This document shows, one piece after another, positions 1 through 9,087 of a stretch of 64,000 nt of DNA (position 1 is its first letter; each line of letters opens with the position of its first letter). A model generated the notes under the pieces. The model did not search any database and had not been told where the DNA came from. It saw only the letters and a list, made by a program, of their open reading frames with translations. The stretch comes from Candidatus Binatia bacterium (lineage in GTDB: Bacteria; Desulfobacterota; Binatia; UBA9968; JAJDTQ01), in NCBI GenBank assembly GCA_963666515.2, contig OY762897.2:1792001-1856000 (forward strand), in the 5' to 3' direction. Position numbers and translations under genes: made by a program.

Positions 1-2
1 AA

Positions 3-1877
3 CTCCTGCTGGACGAAGGCGCTGATCCGGATCTCCGTGATCACGCGGGCAACGATGCACTAGCCGTGGCCCAAGCACAAGGCCAGACCGAGATCGCTTC
101 TCTCCTGGTTCCTGCGGCAACGACAACAGCGAGACTGCAAGCCGTAAACGTTAGTGGACAGACCCCAACTTCGCCGGATGACCCCGTTGTAGACCTGTTT
201 GACTGGCAGGAAGACATCGAGGAGCCGCCTCCGCCGGATAATCCGTCCTGTGTCAATGACGCGGTGGTTCTCCAAGATTTCATCTCCCAGCACGTCCCCC
301 TCGACAAGGATCCCGGTTGGGGCGACATAGAAATCGACCTGCCGGAGCCACAGGAACTTGTCCCCGGGCGCACACCCTTCACAGACGACCAGGAGGACTC
401 GTTGCGCCTGCTGTTTGTGGAGGCGTTAAGGGACGGGCGTGTTCACGAGGATCGTATCGCTGAAGTCCTTGGCGGCACCGCAGATGAAGACGATCCACGG
501 GAGTCAATACTGATTACCAGTCTACGCCATATCCTTGCCGACCTTGGGACCGAGATCGACGACGGTGCCCAAGCCCTGGACGTCGTGCGCGACGCAGACG
601 AGGGCGACCAGGAAAGATACGGCGACGCCGCGGCCGAGGCTCTATCCTTTCTCCGGCTCTGCCAATCCAGCGATACCGATCCTTTCTACCGCTACGCCAA
701 GGACTTGCCCACGGATCGCCTGACCCGCGATGATGAAGTAGCGCTTGGGGAGACAATCGAGCAAGGCATGATGGAGGTACTTGCCACGTTGAGTGCGAGC
801 CCCGCCGTCGTCGCACGGCTTCGCGCAGATTCCAAGGCAATTCTTCGCGGCGATATTCAGTTGCGAATGATGCTCGAATCTCCTGTTGGGGAAGGAGGAC
901 TCGGCGAAAACGATCCCGCTGACGCACTCGGGGACGACGTCCAGACCGATGAGTCATCCGATGTCGCGACTTCCACTCCCCAGATGGCTGCTGGGAGTAT
1001 CGACCATCTGAACTCGATCATCGCGGCTTGCCGACGCGGTATTGAGGGGCAAGCGGAACTCGTAAAGTGCCTTCTCCTTGCCGGCATTGCCCCTTCTTAT
1101 CTGGCCGACCTTCAGGAGATTGCCTTGGAGCATGACCTTGACGGGAACCTCCGGAAACGCATCCACGCGGGCCGTGCAAAAGCGGAGGCGGCCCGGAGAC
1201 GTTTGGTCGAAACGAATCTCCGACTGGTGATCTGGGTCGCCAAGAAGCATGGCGGACTCACGCTCATGGACAGGATCCAGGCAGGGAATATTGGTCTCAT
1301 GCGCGCTACTGAAAGCTTCAACCATCGACAAGGCACTAGATTCTCTACCTACGCCGTTTTCTGGATCAGGCAAGCGATCAACCGCACGGTGGCGGACACC
1401 GGAAGAATCATCCGTCTCCCAGTCCATGTCCACGAGACAATAAACAGGATAAATAAGGCCCGGAAAACGGCAAGGGCCGCAACCGGCCAAGAACCCGATG
1501 TCGACAAGTTGGCAGAGATTGTGGAACTCTCACCAGAGCGAATCAGAGATATTCTCACGGCCTCCGAGGAAGTGGTTCCGTTGGAGGATGTGTGGCAAAC
1601 GGTCGCAGAATTTCCCGATCAGACCGTGCAGACACCGGAGATTCACCTATCCGTCAACGAGATGAGACACCTGACTCGAAACTGTCTGGCTACCCTGGCT
1701 CCAAGGGAAGAGGCCGTGATCCGCCGCCGGTTCGGCATCGGCTGTGACGAACAGACGCTGGAGGTAATCGGCCAGTCCTATGGTCTCACGCGGGAACGCA
1801 TTCGGCAGATCGAGGCAAAGGCAATGCAGAAGCTCATGCGCGCCAGACGTCTCAGACTCTTACAAGGTGTCGGCTGA
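3..1877 (+). CDS. mzaA: Ankyrin-repeat/sigma-70 fusion protein (MzaA-like), 5' truncated by the window edge
   Basis: Frame open from base 3: LLLDEGADPDLRDHAGNDALAVAQAQGQTEIASLL is ankyrin-like. The C-terminus has sigma region 2 (LVETNLRLVIWVAKK, GNIGLMRATESF, FSTYAVFWIRQAI) and region 4 (TLEVIGQSYGLTRERIRQIE). It heads the MutL-Z1-DUF4420-AIPR operon. Confidence 0.85.
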   Translation, partial: LLLDEGADPDLRDHAGNDALAVAQAQGQTEIASLLVPAATTTARLQAVNVSGQTPTSPDDPVVDLFDWQEDIEEPPPPDNPSCVNDAVVLQDFISQHVPLDKDPGWGDIEIDLPEPQELVPGRTPFTDDQEDSLRLLFVEALRDGRVHEDRIAEVLGGTADEDDPRESILITSLRHILADLGTEIDDGAQALDVVRDADEGDQERYGDAAAEALSFLRLCQSSDTDPFYRYAKDLPTDRLTRDDEVALGETIEQGMMEVLATLSASPAVVARLRADSKAILRGDIQLRMMLESPVGEGGLGENDPADALGDDVQTDESSDVATSTPQMAAGSIDHLNSIIAACRRGIEGQAELVKCLLLAGIAPSYLADLQEIALEHDLDGNLRKRIHAGRAKAEAARRRLVETNLRLVIWVAKKHGGLTLMDRIQAGNIGLMRATESFNHRQGTRFSTYAVFWIRQAINRTVADTGRIIRLPVHVHETINRINKARKTARAATGQEPDVDKLAEIVELSPERIRDILTASEEVVPLEDVWQTVAEFPDQTVQTPEIHLSVNEMRHLTRNCLATLAPREEAVIRRRFGIGCDEQTLEVIGQSYGLTRERIRQIEAKAMQKLMRARRLRLLQGVG

Positions 1878-3421
1878 TGGTGGCCAATTTCTCCGAGACA
1901 CGACTACCCGGTTCGCGTCTTGCCCCTCCCCGCCCCTCCGCCATGATTGAGGCTCTGCGCGGGCTCGGCTACTCCGCAGCGACCGCAGTTGCGGACATCA
2001 TCGACAACAGTATCTCTGCCAGTGCCAAGGCGGTAACACTGGAATTCGCATGGGCCGGCGAGACCAGCCATGTGTCGATCTTGGATGACGGGCGAGGCAT
2101 GGACGGGCAGGAGATGGACGCGGCGATGCGACTCGGCGAGCGGAGCCCACTTGACGCACGCGCGGCGAGCGACCTCGGGCGTTTTGGTCTCGGGCTCAAG
2201 ACGGCTTCCTTCTCGCAGTGCCGGCGGTTGACCGTTGCAAGTATCCGGGGCGAGCGTATGAACTGCCTGCGCTGGGACCTCGATGTGCTCTCAGCGTGTG
2301 CGGATGACGGGTGGTATCTCCTTGAAGGCCCGGCGGCGGGGTCGGAGCATTTGCTGCAGCCGCTGCTTTCAGCCGGTCGTGGAACGCTGGTCGTCTGGGA
2401 GCGTCTTGACCGGATCGTTACACCCGGTTCCGACGAGCAAGACTTCCTTGACCTTATTGATGGCGTGGAGCGACATCTCGCCATGGTGTTCCACCGCTAT
2501 CTCGATGGCGAGTGTGCGGGTTTGCAACTGGCTATCAATGGGCGTCCGTTGAAGGCCTGGGACCCGTTCCTTCGTAACCATCCGGCAACTTGGTCCTCCC
2601 CTGTCGAAAAGATCCGCTCTGAGGCCGGTACGGTGGAGGTGCAGTGTCACGTTCTGCCACATAAGGATCACCTCTCGGCTCAGCAGGAGTCGTCGGCGGC
2701 CGGCCCGCATGGGTGGACTGTACAGCAAGGATTTTATGTCTACCGCAACCTCAGGCTGCTCTTGGCGGGAAGCTGGCTTGGTCTTGGACAGGGTCGCTCC
2801 TGGACCAAGGAAGAGGCACATCGTCTGGCCCGGTTGCGGCTCGATATTCCCAATTCTGCTGATGCGGCGTGGAAGATCGACATCAGGAAATCAACTGCCA
2901 GTCCACCGCCAGCCCTCAAGGCGCATCTGACCAAGCTTTCAGAGGAGACACGGGCGCGAGCGCGCCGTGTGTTTGCCAACCGGGGACAACCGGTTGCCAT
3001 CGACCCTGGCCAGCCTGTGGTCCAGGCTTGGCGCGCCGAACATGCGACAGTTGGCATCCGATACAGAATCGACCGCGACCATCCCGCCGTGCGATCAGTT
3101 CTCGACGATGCAGGCAACATTGCCGCACCTGTTCAAGCTATGCTGCGGGTGATCGAGGAGACGGTGCCCATACAGCGCATCTGGCTCGACACCACCGAGG
3201 GACAAGAGACACCCCGGACAAATTTCGCCGGTGAGCCCTCTTCGGAAGTACGCAAGGTCCTTATGGTGATGTTCCGTAATCTGGTTCTGCGCAAGAACAT
3301 GTCGCCACATCTCGCACGGCAACGGCTTCTTCAAACAGAGCCGTTCAACAATTACCACGATCTCATCGCCTCACTGCCCGATGATCCACACCCAGGAGAA
3401 CCGGATGGCGTCCACGACTGA
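1877..3421 (+). CDS. mzaB: GHKL (MutL/MORC-like) ATPase, MzaB-like
   Basis: Motifs ADIIDNS, DDGRGM and GRFGLGLK; TGATG overlap with the upstream stop. Confidence 0.85.
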   Translation: MVANFSETRLPGSRLAPPRPSAMIEALRGLGYSAATAVADIIDNSISASAKAVTLEFAWAGETSHVSILDDGRGMDGQEMDAAMRLGERSPLDARAASDLGRFGLGLKTASFSQCRRLTVASIRGERMNCLRWDLDVLSACADDGWYLLEGPAAGSEHLLQPLLSAGRGTLVVWERLDRIVTPGSDEQDFLDLIDGVERHLAMVFHRYLDGECAGLQLAINGRPLKAWDPFLRNHPATWSSPVEKIRSEAGTVEVQCHVLPHKDHLSAQQESSAAGPHGWTVQQGFYVYRNLRLLLAGSWLGLGQGRSWTKEEAHRLARLRLDIPNSADAAWKIDIRKSTASPPPALKAHLTKLSEETRARARRVFANRGQPVAIDPGQPVVQAWRAEHATVGIRYRIDRDHPAVRSVLDDAGNIAAPVQAMLRVIEETVPIQRIWLDTTEGQETPRTNFAGEPSSEVRKVLMVMFRNLVLRKNMSPHLARQRLLQTEPFNNYHDLIASLPDDPHPGEPDGVHD

Positions 3422-4399
3422 CCAACGGGTAATCAAGCTCGTTCAGGAACTCCTCCTCGATGAGGAAAACAGGGCAGCAGTTACACCTGCTGTAATCGGT
3501 GAGAAAATCGAGCTTGTACTCACCATGAACCCGAGATGGCGCGATGGGCTTGACAAACAGGCGATTACGGATGAACTCATCCGCCGGTTCAGCCTCTGGA
3601 TCGGCCAAGACACTACCCTCCAAAGCACCGCGGGCCACAAGGATTGGCTGACAACGGCCCGCAAGCAGGATTGGCGATACTGGCAGCGCTATCGCGAATG
3701 GCTGGAGCGAGACCTGTCCTTCAAGGTCGTCGAAGGACTTGACCGGTCCACGGATTCCGTTCTCGCCTTACTGGAGGACCCCAGACGCGAGGGAACGTGG
3801 GACCGTCGGGGGTTGGTGGTGGGGCACGTCCAATCCGGCAAGACAGGCCACTACAGCGGCCTCATCTGCAAGGCTGCCGATGCCGGCTACAAGATCGTCA
3901 TCGTGTTGGCGGGTTTACACAACAATCTGCGTTCACAGACACAAATGCGTCTCGATGAAGCATTCCTCGGCTACGAGACAAGCGCCTTCAATGACGAGGC
4001 TTTGGTACCCTTCGGCGTCGGGGAAATTGATGCGGACCCCGACATACGGCCAAACTATGCGACCAACCGCACGGAGAAAGGGGATTTCAACACGCGAGTC
4101 GCAAGGAATTTCGGCATCACCCCTGAAAAGCGCCCCTGGCTCTTTGTCGTGAAAAAGAACAAATCCGTCCTTACGCGGTTGCTTGACTGGCTACGCAATC
4201 ACGTCGCCAACTCCCAAGATCAAGAGACGGGTCGGCGAATAGTCACCAATCTGCCACTCCTCCTCATAGATGACGAGGCCGACCACGCTAGAATCCTTGA
4301 TCGACAGGATCTTGACTCAGGAAGACAAGATATTTGAACTGGACTTCGTTCGTACATGAATACTATCGTAGGCCATCGCGAGTTGTAACGCTCGGTAGT

Positions 4400-6007
4400 T
4401 TAAGCGACGAGCTTCGCCTCATCGCAAATGGCATCGAGGTTCCTGGTGATGGCGGCAAAGCGCCGATGGGTCTTGGTATTGCCGCTCACGGCGTCGGGCG
4501 CAAGATGGGCCAGGCCGGGGCGAAGGATGCGGTTGTAGACACGCGTGTAGAACATCGCCACCTTGAGGCCGTGTTCGGTCAAGTGGTAGCGGTAGGCGCC
4601 GGGGATGCGCTCGATCAGGCCGTGCAGGCGCAGGCGTCTCAGGTCGTAACTCATTCGGCCCGGGCGCATTGGACTGGGATCGAGGCCCAGGAGTGCACCG
4701 AGGTGCCCGCGCAGGTCGCGGTTGGAGAAGCCGCGGGCCGAAAGAGTGAACAAGAGCAGGGCCTGCATCAGAGCCTGCACGCGCTCATCGGCGAAGCGCA
4801 GGGCCGAGGCGCGTTGTCCGTGGAACTCCAGGCCGCGTTGATGGCGTTGGAGTTCGTCTTCACCCAGGGCACAGTCGTGGCTGATGGTTTCTATCTGCAA
4901 CAGACGACGGTTGGCTGTGAAGCCGACCTGGCACAACGCCGCCAGGTTAGACAGCCGCCGGCCCAGGGCGAAGTCATAGGTGTCGTTGACGGTGGTCTCG
5001 GTGCGCAGCGCCTGCCCTTCCTTGTGGTACTGCTTGATGCGCGAGTGCTTGTAGTCCACGTGCAAGGAAGGGGTGACGCCTGCGGTGATGACCCGGGTAC
5101 GGAACCGACCGGGGGTGCGCCGGGTGACCCGGCGCTGGAAGATCAACTGCACCTGGCTGGGGCGACCGAGATCGAGGTTCTCGCGGATCACGTCCTCGAA
5201 AAAGACGCGGCCCGAGGCCGGGCGGTCGAGCACCTGGGTCAGGCTGAACTCCGCTTGCAGGATGGAGATGTCGTAGCGCAGACCGGCGCGACGGTCCTGA
5301 GGCGTATACGGATGCGGCAGGCGATCGAACCACTTGCGCGCCAGTCTGTCGATGAAAGCGGCATCGAAGCCTTCGCAGATCTGTTGCAGCGCCTCGGGGT
5401 CTCCGCAGCAGCGCACGCCGTTGTCCAAAGCCTCGAACGGGATGCCGCGCTCGCGCAACTGGCACTTGGCGTACTCGTTGCCGTTGAGGCACAGCTTGCC
5501 GTTGTACGGGAAGTAGGTGCAGAACTTGATGAAGAACGGCCCCGCCTGTTTGTCCACGCAATAGAAATACACATGGTTGACCATCGCGGTAGACGAGACC
5601 ACCCACGGATAGGTGACCCCGGTGTCCGGGTTCCGGCGCCGCTCGGTGCGCATCACACGGGCCTTCTCCTGCGCTATCCCGATGTACAAAACCCCTTCGG
5701 TTCCCTTGAACCGCCCCAGGTACTCCTGCGTCACCTCGTCCTTGCGCTGGCCCTTCTTGAAGTGCACCACCTCGATCTGCTCCCGCTCCGCAAAGTCCTT
5801 CACCGCCTGCACGAACTCCCGACTCTTGGGCGCCAGCGCCACCGTCGACGCAAACCGCTGGCCATGGTGCTTGTGCAGATACCCCACTACCCCGCCCACG
5901 CTCTGCAACTGCGGCACATACAGGTTCAAGTACAGGCGATCCACCGACTCGTATTCCAGCGTCACGTGATCGCGCAATACTTCCGCTACGGTTTGTGGTA
6001 GGCTCAT
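4400..6007 (-). CDS. Putative transposase/initiator of the insertion element (535 aa; rolling-circle Rep-like core plus C-terminal winged helix)
   Basis: ATG 6007 preceded by GGAG; only plausible gene in the element; IKQYHK...RTE motif; C-terminal SYDLRRLRLHGLIERIPGAYRYHLTEHG is wHTH-like. Confidence 0.75.
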   Translation of the reverse strand: MSLPQTVAEVLRDHVTLEYESVDRLYLNLYVPQLQSVGGVVGYLHKHHGQRFASTVALAPKSREFVQAVKDFAEREQIEVVHFKKGQRKDEVTQEYLGRFKGTEGVLYIGIAQEKARVMRTERRRNPDTGVTYPWVVSSTAMVNHVYFYCVDKQAGPFFIKFCTYFPYNGKLCLNGNEYAKCQLRERGIPFEALDNGVRCCGDPEALQQICEGFDAAFIDRLARKWFDRLPHPYTPQDRRAGLRYDISILQAEFSLTQVLDRPASGRVFFEDVIRENLDLGRPSQVQLIFQRRVTRRTPGRFRTRVITAGVTPSLHVDYKHSRIKQYHKEGQALRTETTVNDTYDFALGRRLSNLAALCQVGFTANRRLLQIETISHDCALGEDELQRHQRGLEFHGQRASALRFADERVQALMQALLLFTLSARGFSNRDLRGHLGALLGLDPSPMRPGRMSYDLRRLRLHGLIERIPGAYRYHLTEHGLKVAMFYTRVYNRILRPGLAHLAPDAVSGNTKTHRRFAAITRNLDAICDEAKLVA

Positions 6008-6011
6008 GTCC

Positions 6012-6153
6012 GGCTCCGGTTGCTTCGGGCTTTTATGCCCATTTGACCCTTTGAGGTCCGACCTTGCAAGGTCCCATGACCAGGGATTCAATCCCTGCTA
6101 CAAGCGACCGGAGCCAATCCCCTTACCCCCTCGTCGGTCTGAGGCGAAGCCTC
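6012..6153 (-). promoter_or_regulatory. Structured 5' leader/terminus of the insertion element
   Basis: Closing stem 6012-6025/6102-6115 encloses hairpins 6027-6040, 6045-6058, 6060-6073 and 6081-6097; terminal hairpin 6141-6153. Confidence 0.65.
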
Positions 6154-8071
6154 GCTAGTGTTGATACGCGGGAAATCCTGGTGGACGAGAGTGGCAGGCC
6201 AGACGATGAGCATGAGCCTACAGCCATCAATCGGCTCGTCCGCCGAGTCCTGCACGTTTTCTCACGCGCAGCCTATGTCGGATATACGGCGACCCCCTTC
6301 GCAAACATCTTCATACACGAACAGGCATCCACTCGTAACGAGGGTGCCGACCTCTTCCCCGCCGCCTTTGTCATCAACCTTGCAGCCCCCTCCAACTACA
6401 TCGGTCCGTCAAAAGTGTTCGGCGCTCGCACGGAGTTGGATCGCAGCGACGCACTGCCGTTGGTACGACTCGTGGCGGATTTCGATGGATGGATGCCCAC
6501 CAAACACAAGAACGGCCATGTCCCACTATACGAAGGCAGAAGCGAGTTGCCCCCATCGCTGAACGAGGCCATCGACTCCTTCATCCTCGCCTGTGCCTTG
6601 CGGCGACTGCGTGGACAGGAAACGGCGCACTGCTCGATGCTCGTCCATGTTACCCGCTACACTTCCGTCCAGGCACTTGTTCATGCCCAGGTAGAAGAGC
6701 GTGTCCACCATATACACCAGAGACTGTATCGCAGAACGGGAGGACACGAGGCGATCCTTTCGTCCTTGCGGTCACTCTGGGAGCAGGATTTCGCCCCGAC
6801 CACGGCGGCCATGGCCAAGTTAATGCCTGATGAGTTGGCCCATGGCACAACGACCTGGGAGCATATCGAGCCACACTTGGTGGAGACAGTTGCCGACATC
6901 CAGGTACGTATGATCAATGGTACTGCCAAGGATGCACTGGACTACGCCGAGAATCAGGAGACCGGGCTGAAGGTCATCGCCATCGGCGGCGACAAGCTGG
7001 CACGCGGACTCACCCTGGAAGGGTTAACCGTAAGCTACTTCCTGCGCGCCACGAAGATGTACGACACACTGATGCAAATGGGACGTTGGTTCGGCTACCG
7101 GCCTGGTTATTTGGATCTTGGCCGCCTCTATACGACAGGCGAGCTGGTCGATTGGTTCGAGCACATCGCCGACGCTTCAGAAGAGTTGCGAGAGGAATTC
7201 GATTTCATGGCAGCGAGCGGTGCCACGCCACGCGAGTACGGTCTCAAGGTCCAGTCACATCCAGTACTGATGGTGACTTCCAGCATCAAGATGCGGACCG
7301 CCCGTGAGCTCGAATTGTCGTTCAGCGGCGGCCTTTCTGAAACCGTCAACTTCCACCGTGAGGCTTCAATTCTGCGCCAAAATCTTGACACGGCGCGGCG
7401 CTTCTTCTCAACGCTCAACACGCCGGAACGCAACCCCAGGCGTCGTCGCAACGGCGCGGAGCACGCATGGCGTGGGCTTCTATGGACAGATGTTCCCGTC
7501 GACAATGTGCTCAGTTTCTTGGAGGACTACCGCAGCCATCCAGAAGCCAGAAAGGCAAACGGCTTGCTGCTAGCCCAATTCATTCGTTCTCTTGTCGCAC
7601 GGAAGGAACTGACACGCTGGACCGTAGCTCTGATCGGCGGCGGCGAGGGCAAGACCATTTCGCTCGGTGAAGAAGTCTCCGTCGAGATGTTGCAGCGCGC
7701 TGCCCACGGACAGCACCTGGATCGCTACTCCATTCGGCGTCTCATGTCTCCGCGTGACGAAACGATCGACCTCGACGAGACGGCATGGTTGGCTGCGCTT
7801 GACGAAACGCGTCAGGCCTTTCACGCCGATCCCGCCCGCAACGGAACACGAGAGGAGCCAACCGTCCCTAATGGCCCGGCGATCCGGAAGATTCGCCCCA
7901 AGGAGCGGGGCGTTCTGTTCGTCTATGCCATCGATCCGGCTCTCGCCGGTCCTAATGCTGGTTTACCCGCAGATTCGCCGCCCGTCATCGGTTGGGCTGT
8001 CAGCTTCCCTGCAAGCAATTCTGGCGTGCGCGTGAAGTATCGCGTCAACAACATCTACTGGGACCAGGAAT

Positions 8072-9087
8072 ATGGCGGCGCGAACTGACATGGATGACCT
8101 GGACGCGGCATGGCGCGCCCTCCTCGGCAGTTCGGAGGGCGAAGGTGGAAAACTATTCCAATCACCAGCAGCGGGCCGTGCTCTTTGCTTGCCGGCCGGC
8201 ACTTCCCTGGCGACAAGGAAGCCCTGCTCGTCGGCTTCAGCGATATCCGGGCGATTCCGGAATCCCACCTGCCGCAAGGGAACGGCTTCGAGGTCGCTTG
8301 TCTCACCACCGACCCTACAGGAGGTGATCATTTATGGGTGGCGCTTGCCCGCAGGACAGACGGAAGCCGGGAAATCTTCGCGATGATGGCGAAGGACCTG
8401 CTTGCACTGCTTGATAAAGGGGCACCCAGCGAGCAGGGCATGCTTCGCGGGTTCCTGTCACGTGTCCGTGCTTGGCAGGAATTCATGGACCGACACAGGG
8501 AGGGGGTACTCTCTCCCGACGCAGAACTCGGCCTGTTTGGCGAACTGATCGTAATCGACCGCTTTATTGATGCAGGGATACCGGAGAAACACGTCATAGA
8601 CGCTTGGCAGGGACCGCTCGACGGACTGCAGGATTTTTCGCTGGGCGGTGGTGGTATCGAGGTAAAGAGCACGTTATCAGCGAGAGGATTCGTCGCGACC
8701 ATTTCCTCCCTCGAACAGCTCGACGACAGCCTGTGCCAGCCACTATTCCTCGCGGCGGTGCGAATCCGCCTCGACACGACAGGCCTTACCCTGCCTGCAA
8801 TGTCCAACGCGATCCGAGAAAGGCTGCGAGACAACGTGGCGACACTCGACCTTTTTGAGGCACGCCTTATGCAAGCAGGGTTCCTGCGTGCCGCAACGGA
8901 GCGCTACACGCGACAATTTCGTCACGTTTCCACTGCTTTCCTTGCCGTGGACGACAATTTTCCGCGCCTCACGCGAGCAAACGTCGATCCCGCGATTAGG
9001 CGGGCTCGCTATGAGGTCAATCTTGAGATGGCCGGAGCGCCCGATGTCGGTCTTGCACATGCGCTTGAAGCTTTGGGGATGATCTGA
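8072..9087 (+). CDS. mzaD: PD-(D/E)XK motif protein (DUF4420, MzaD-like); probable 1-bp frameshift near 8145, or an alternative start at 8110
   Basis: ELGLFGEL, WQGP...QDF...IEVKST, ISSLEQLD; position between Z1 and AIPR; N-terminus split between two frames. Confidence 0.75.

Larger units (their letters stand above)
4292..6158 (-). mobile_element. Unclassified 1867-bp insertion element, no TIRs, bounded by a CGCTAG direct repeat (4286-4291 and 6153-6158)
   Basis: Cleanly interrupts mzaC and its removal restores the frame; single antisense ORF; hairpins at both ends. Confidence 0.9.
3405..8088 (+). pseudogene. mzaC: Z1-domain SF2 helicase-like protein (MzaC-like), interrupted by an insertion at 4292-6158
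   Basis: AGGAG RBS before ATG 3405; Walker A GHVQSGKT and Walker B IDDEAD. Joining 4291 to 6159 restores DDEADHASVDT in frame (938 aa). The 3' part has YTATPFANIFI, LARGLTLEGL and DTLMQMGRWFGYR. Confidence 0.88.

Noticed and set aside
4334-6001. 555-aa plus-strand ORF inside the element
   Set aside because: Antisense shadow of the minus-strand gene; no motifs, and long shadows are expected at high GC.
4292-6158. Group II intron, IStron or intein explanation for the mzaC insert
   Set aside because: The ORF is antisense to the host gene; no RT (YADD) motif, GUGYG/AY ends or intein termini; the insert length is not a multiple of 3.
6064-6158. ORF-track N-terminus of the 674-aa Z1 ORF
   Set aside because: These codons are element end sequence; real mzaC sequence resumes at 6159.
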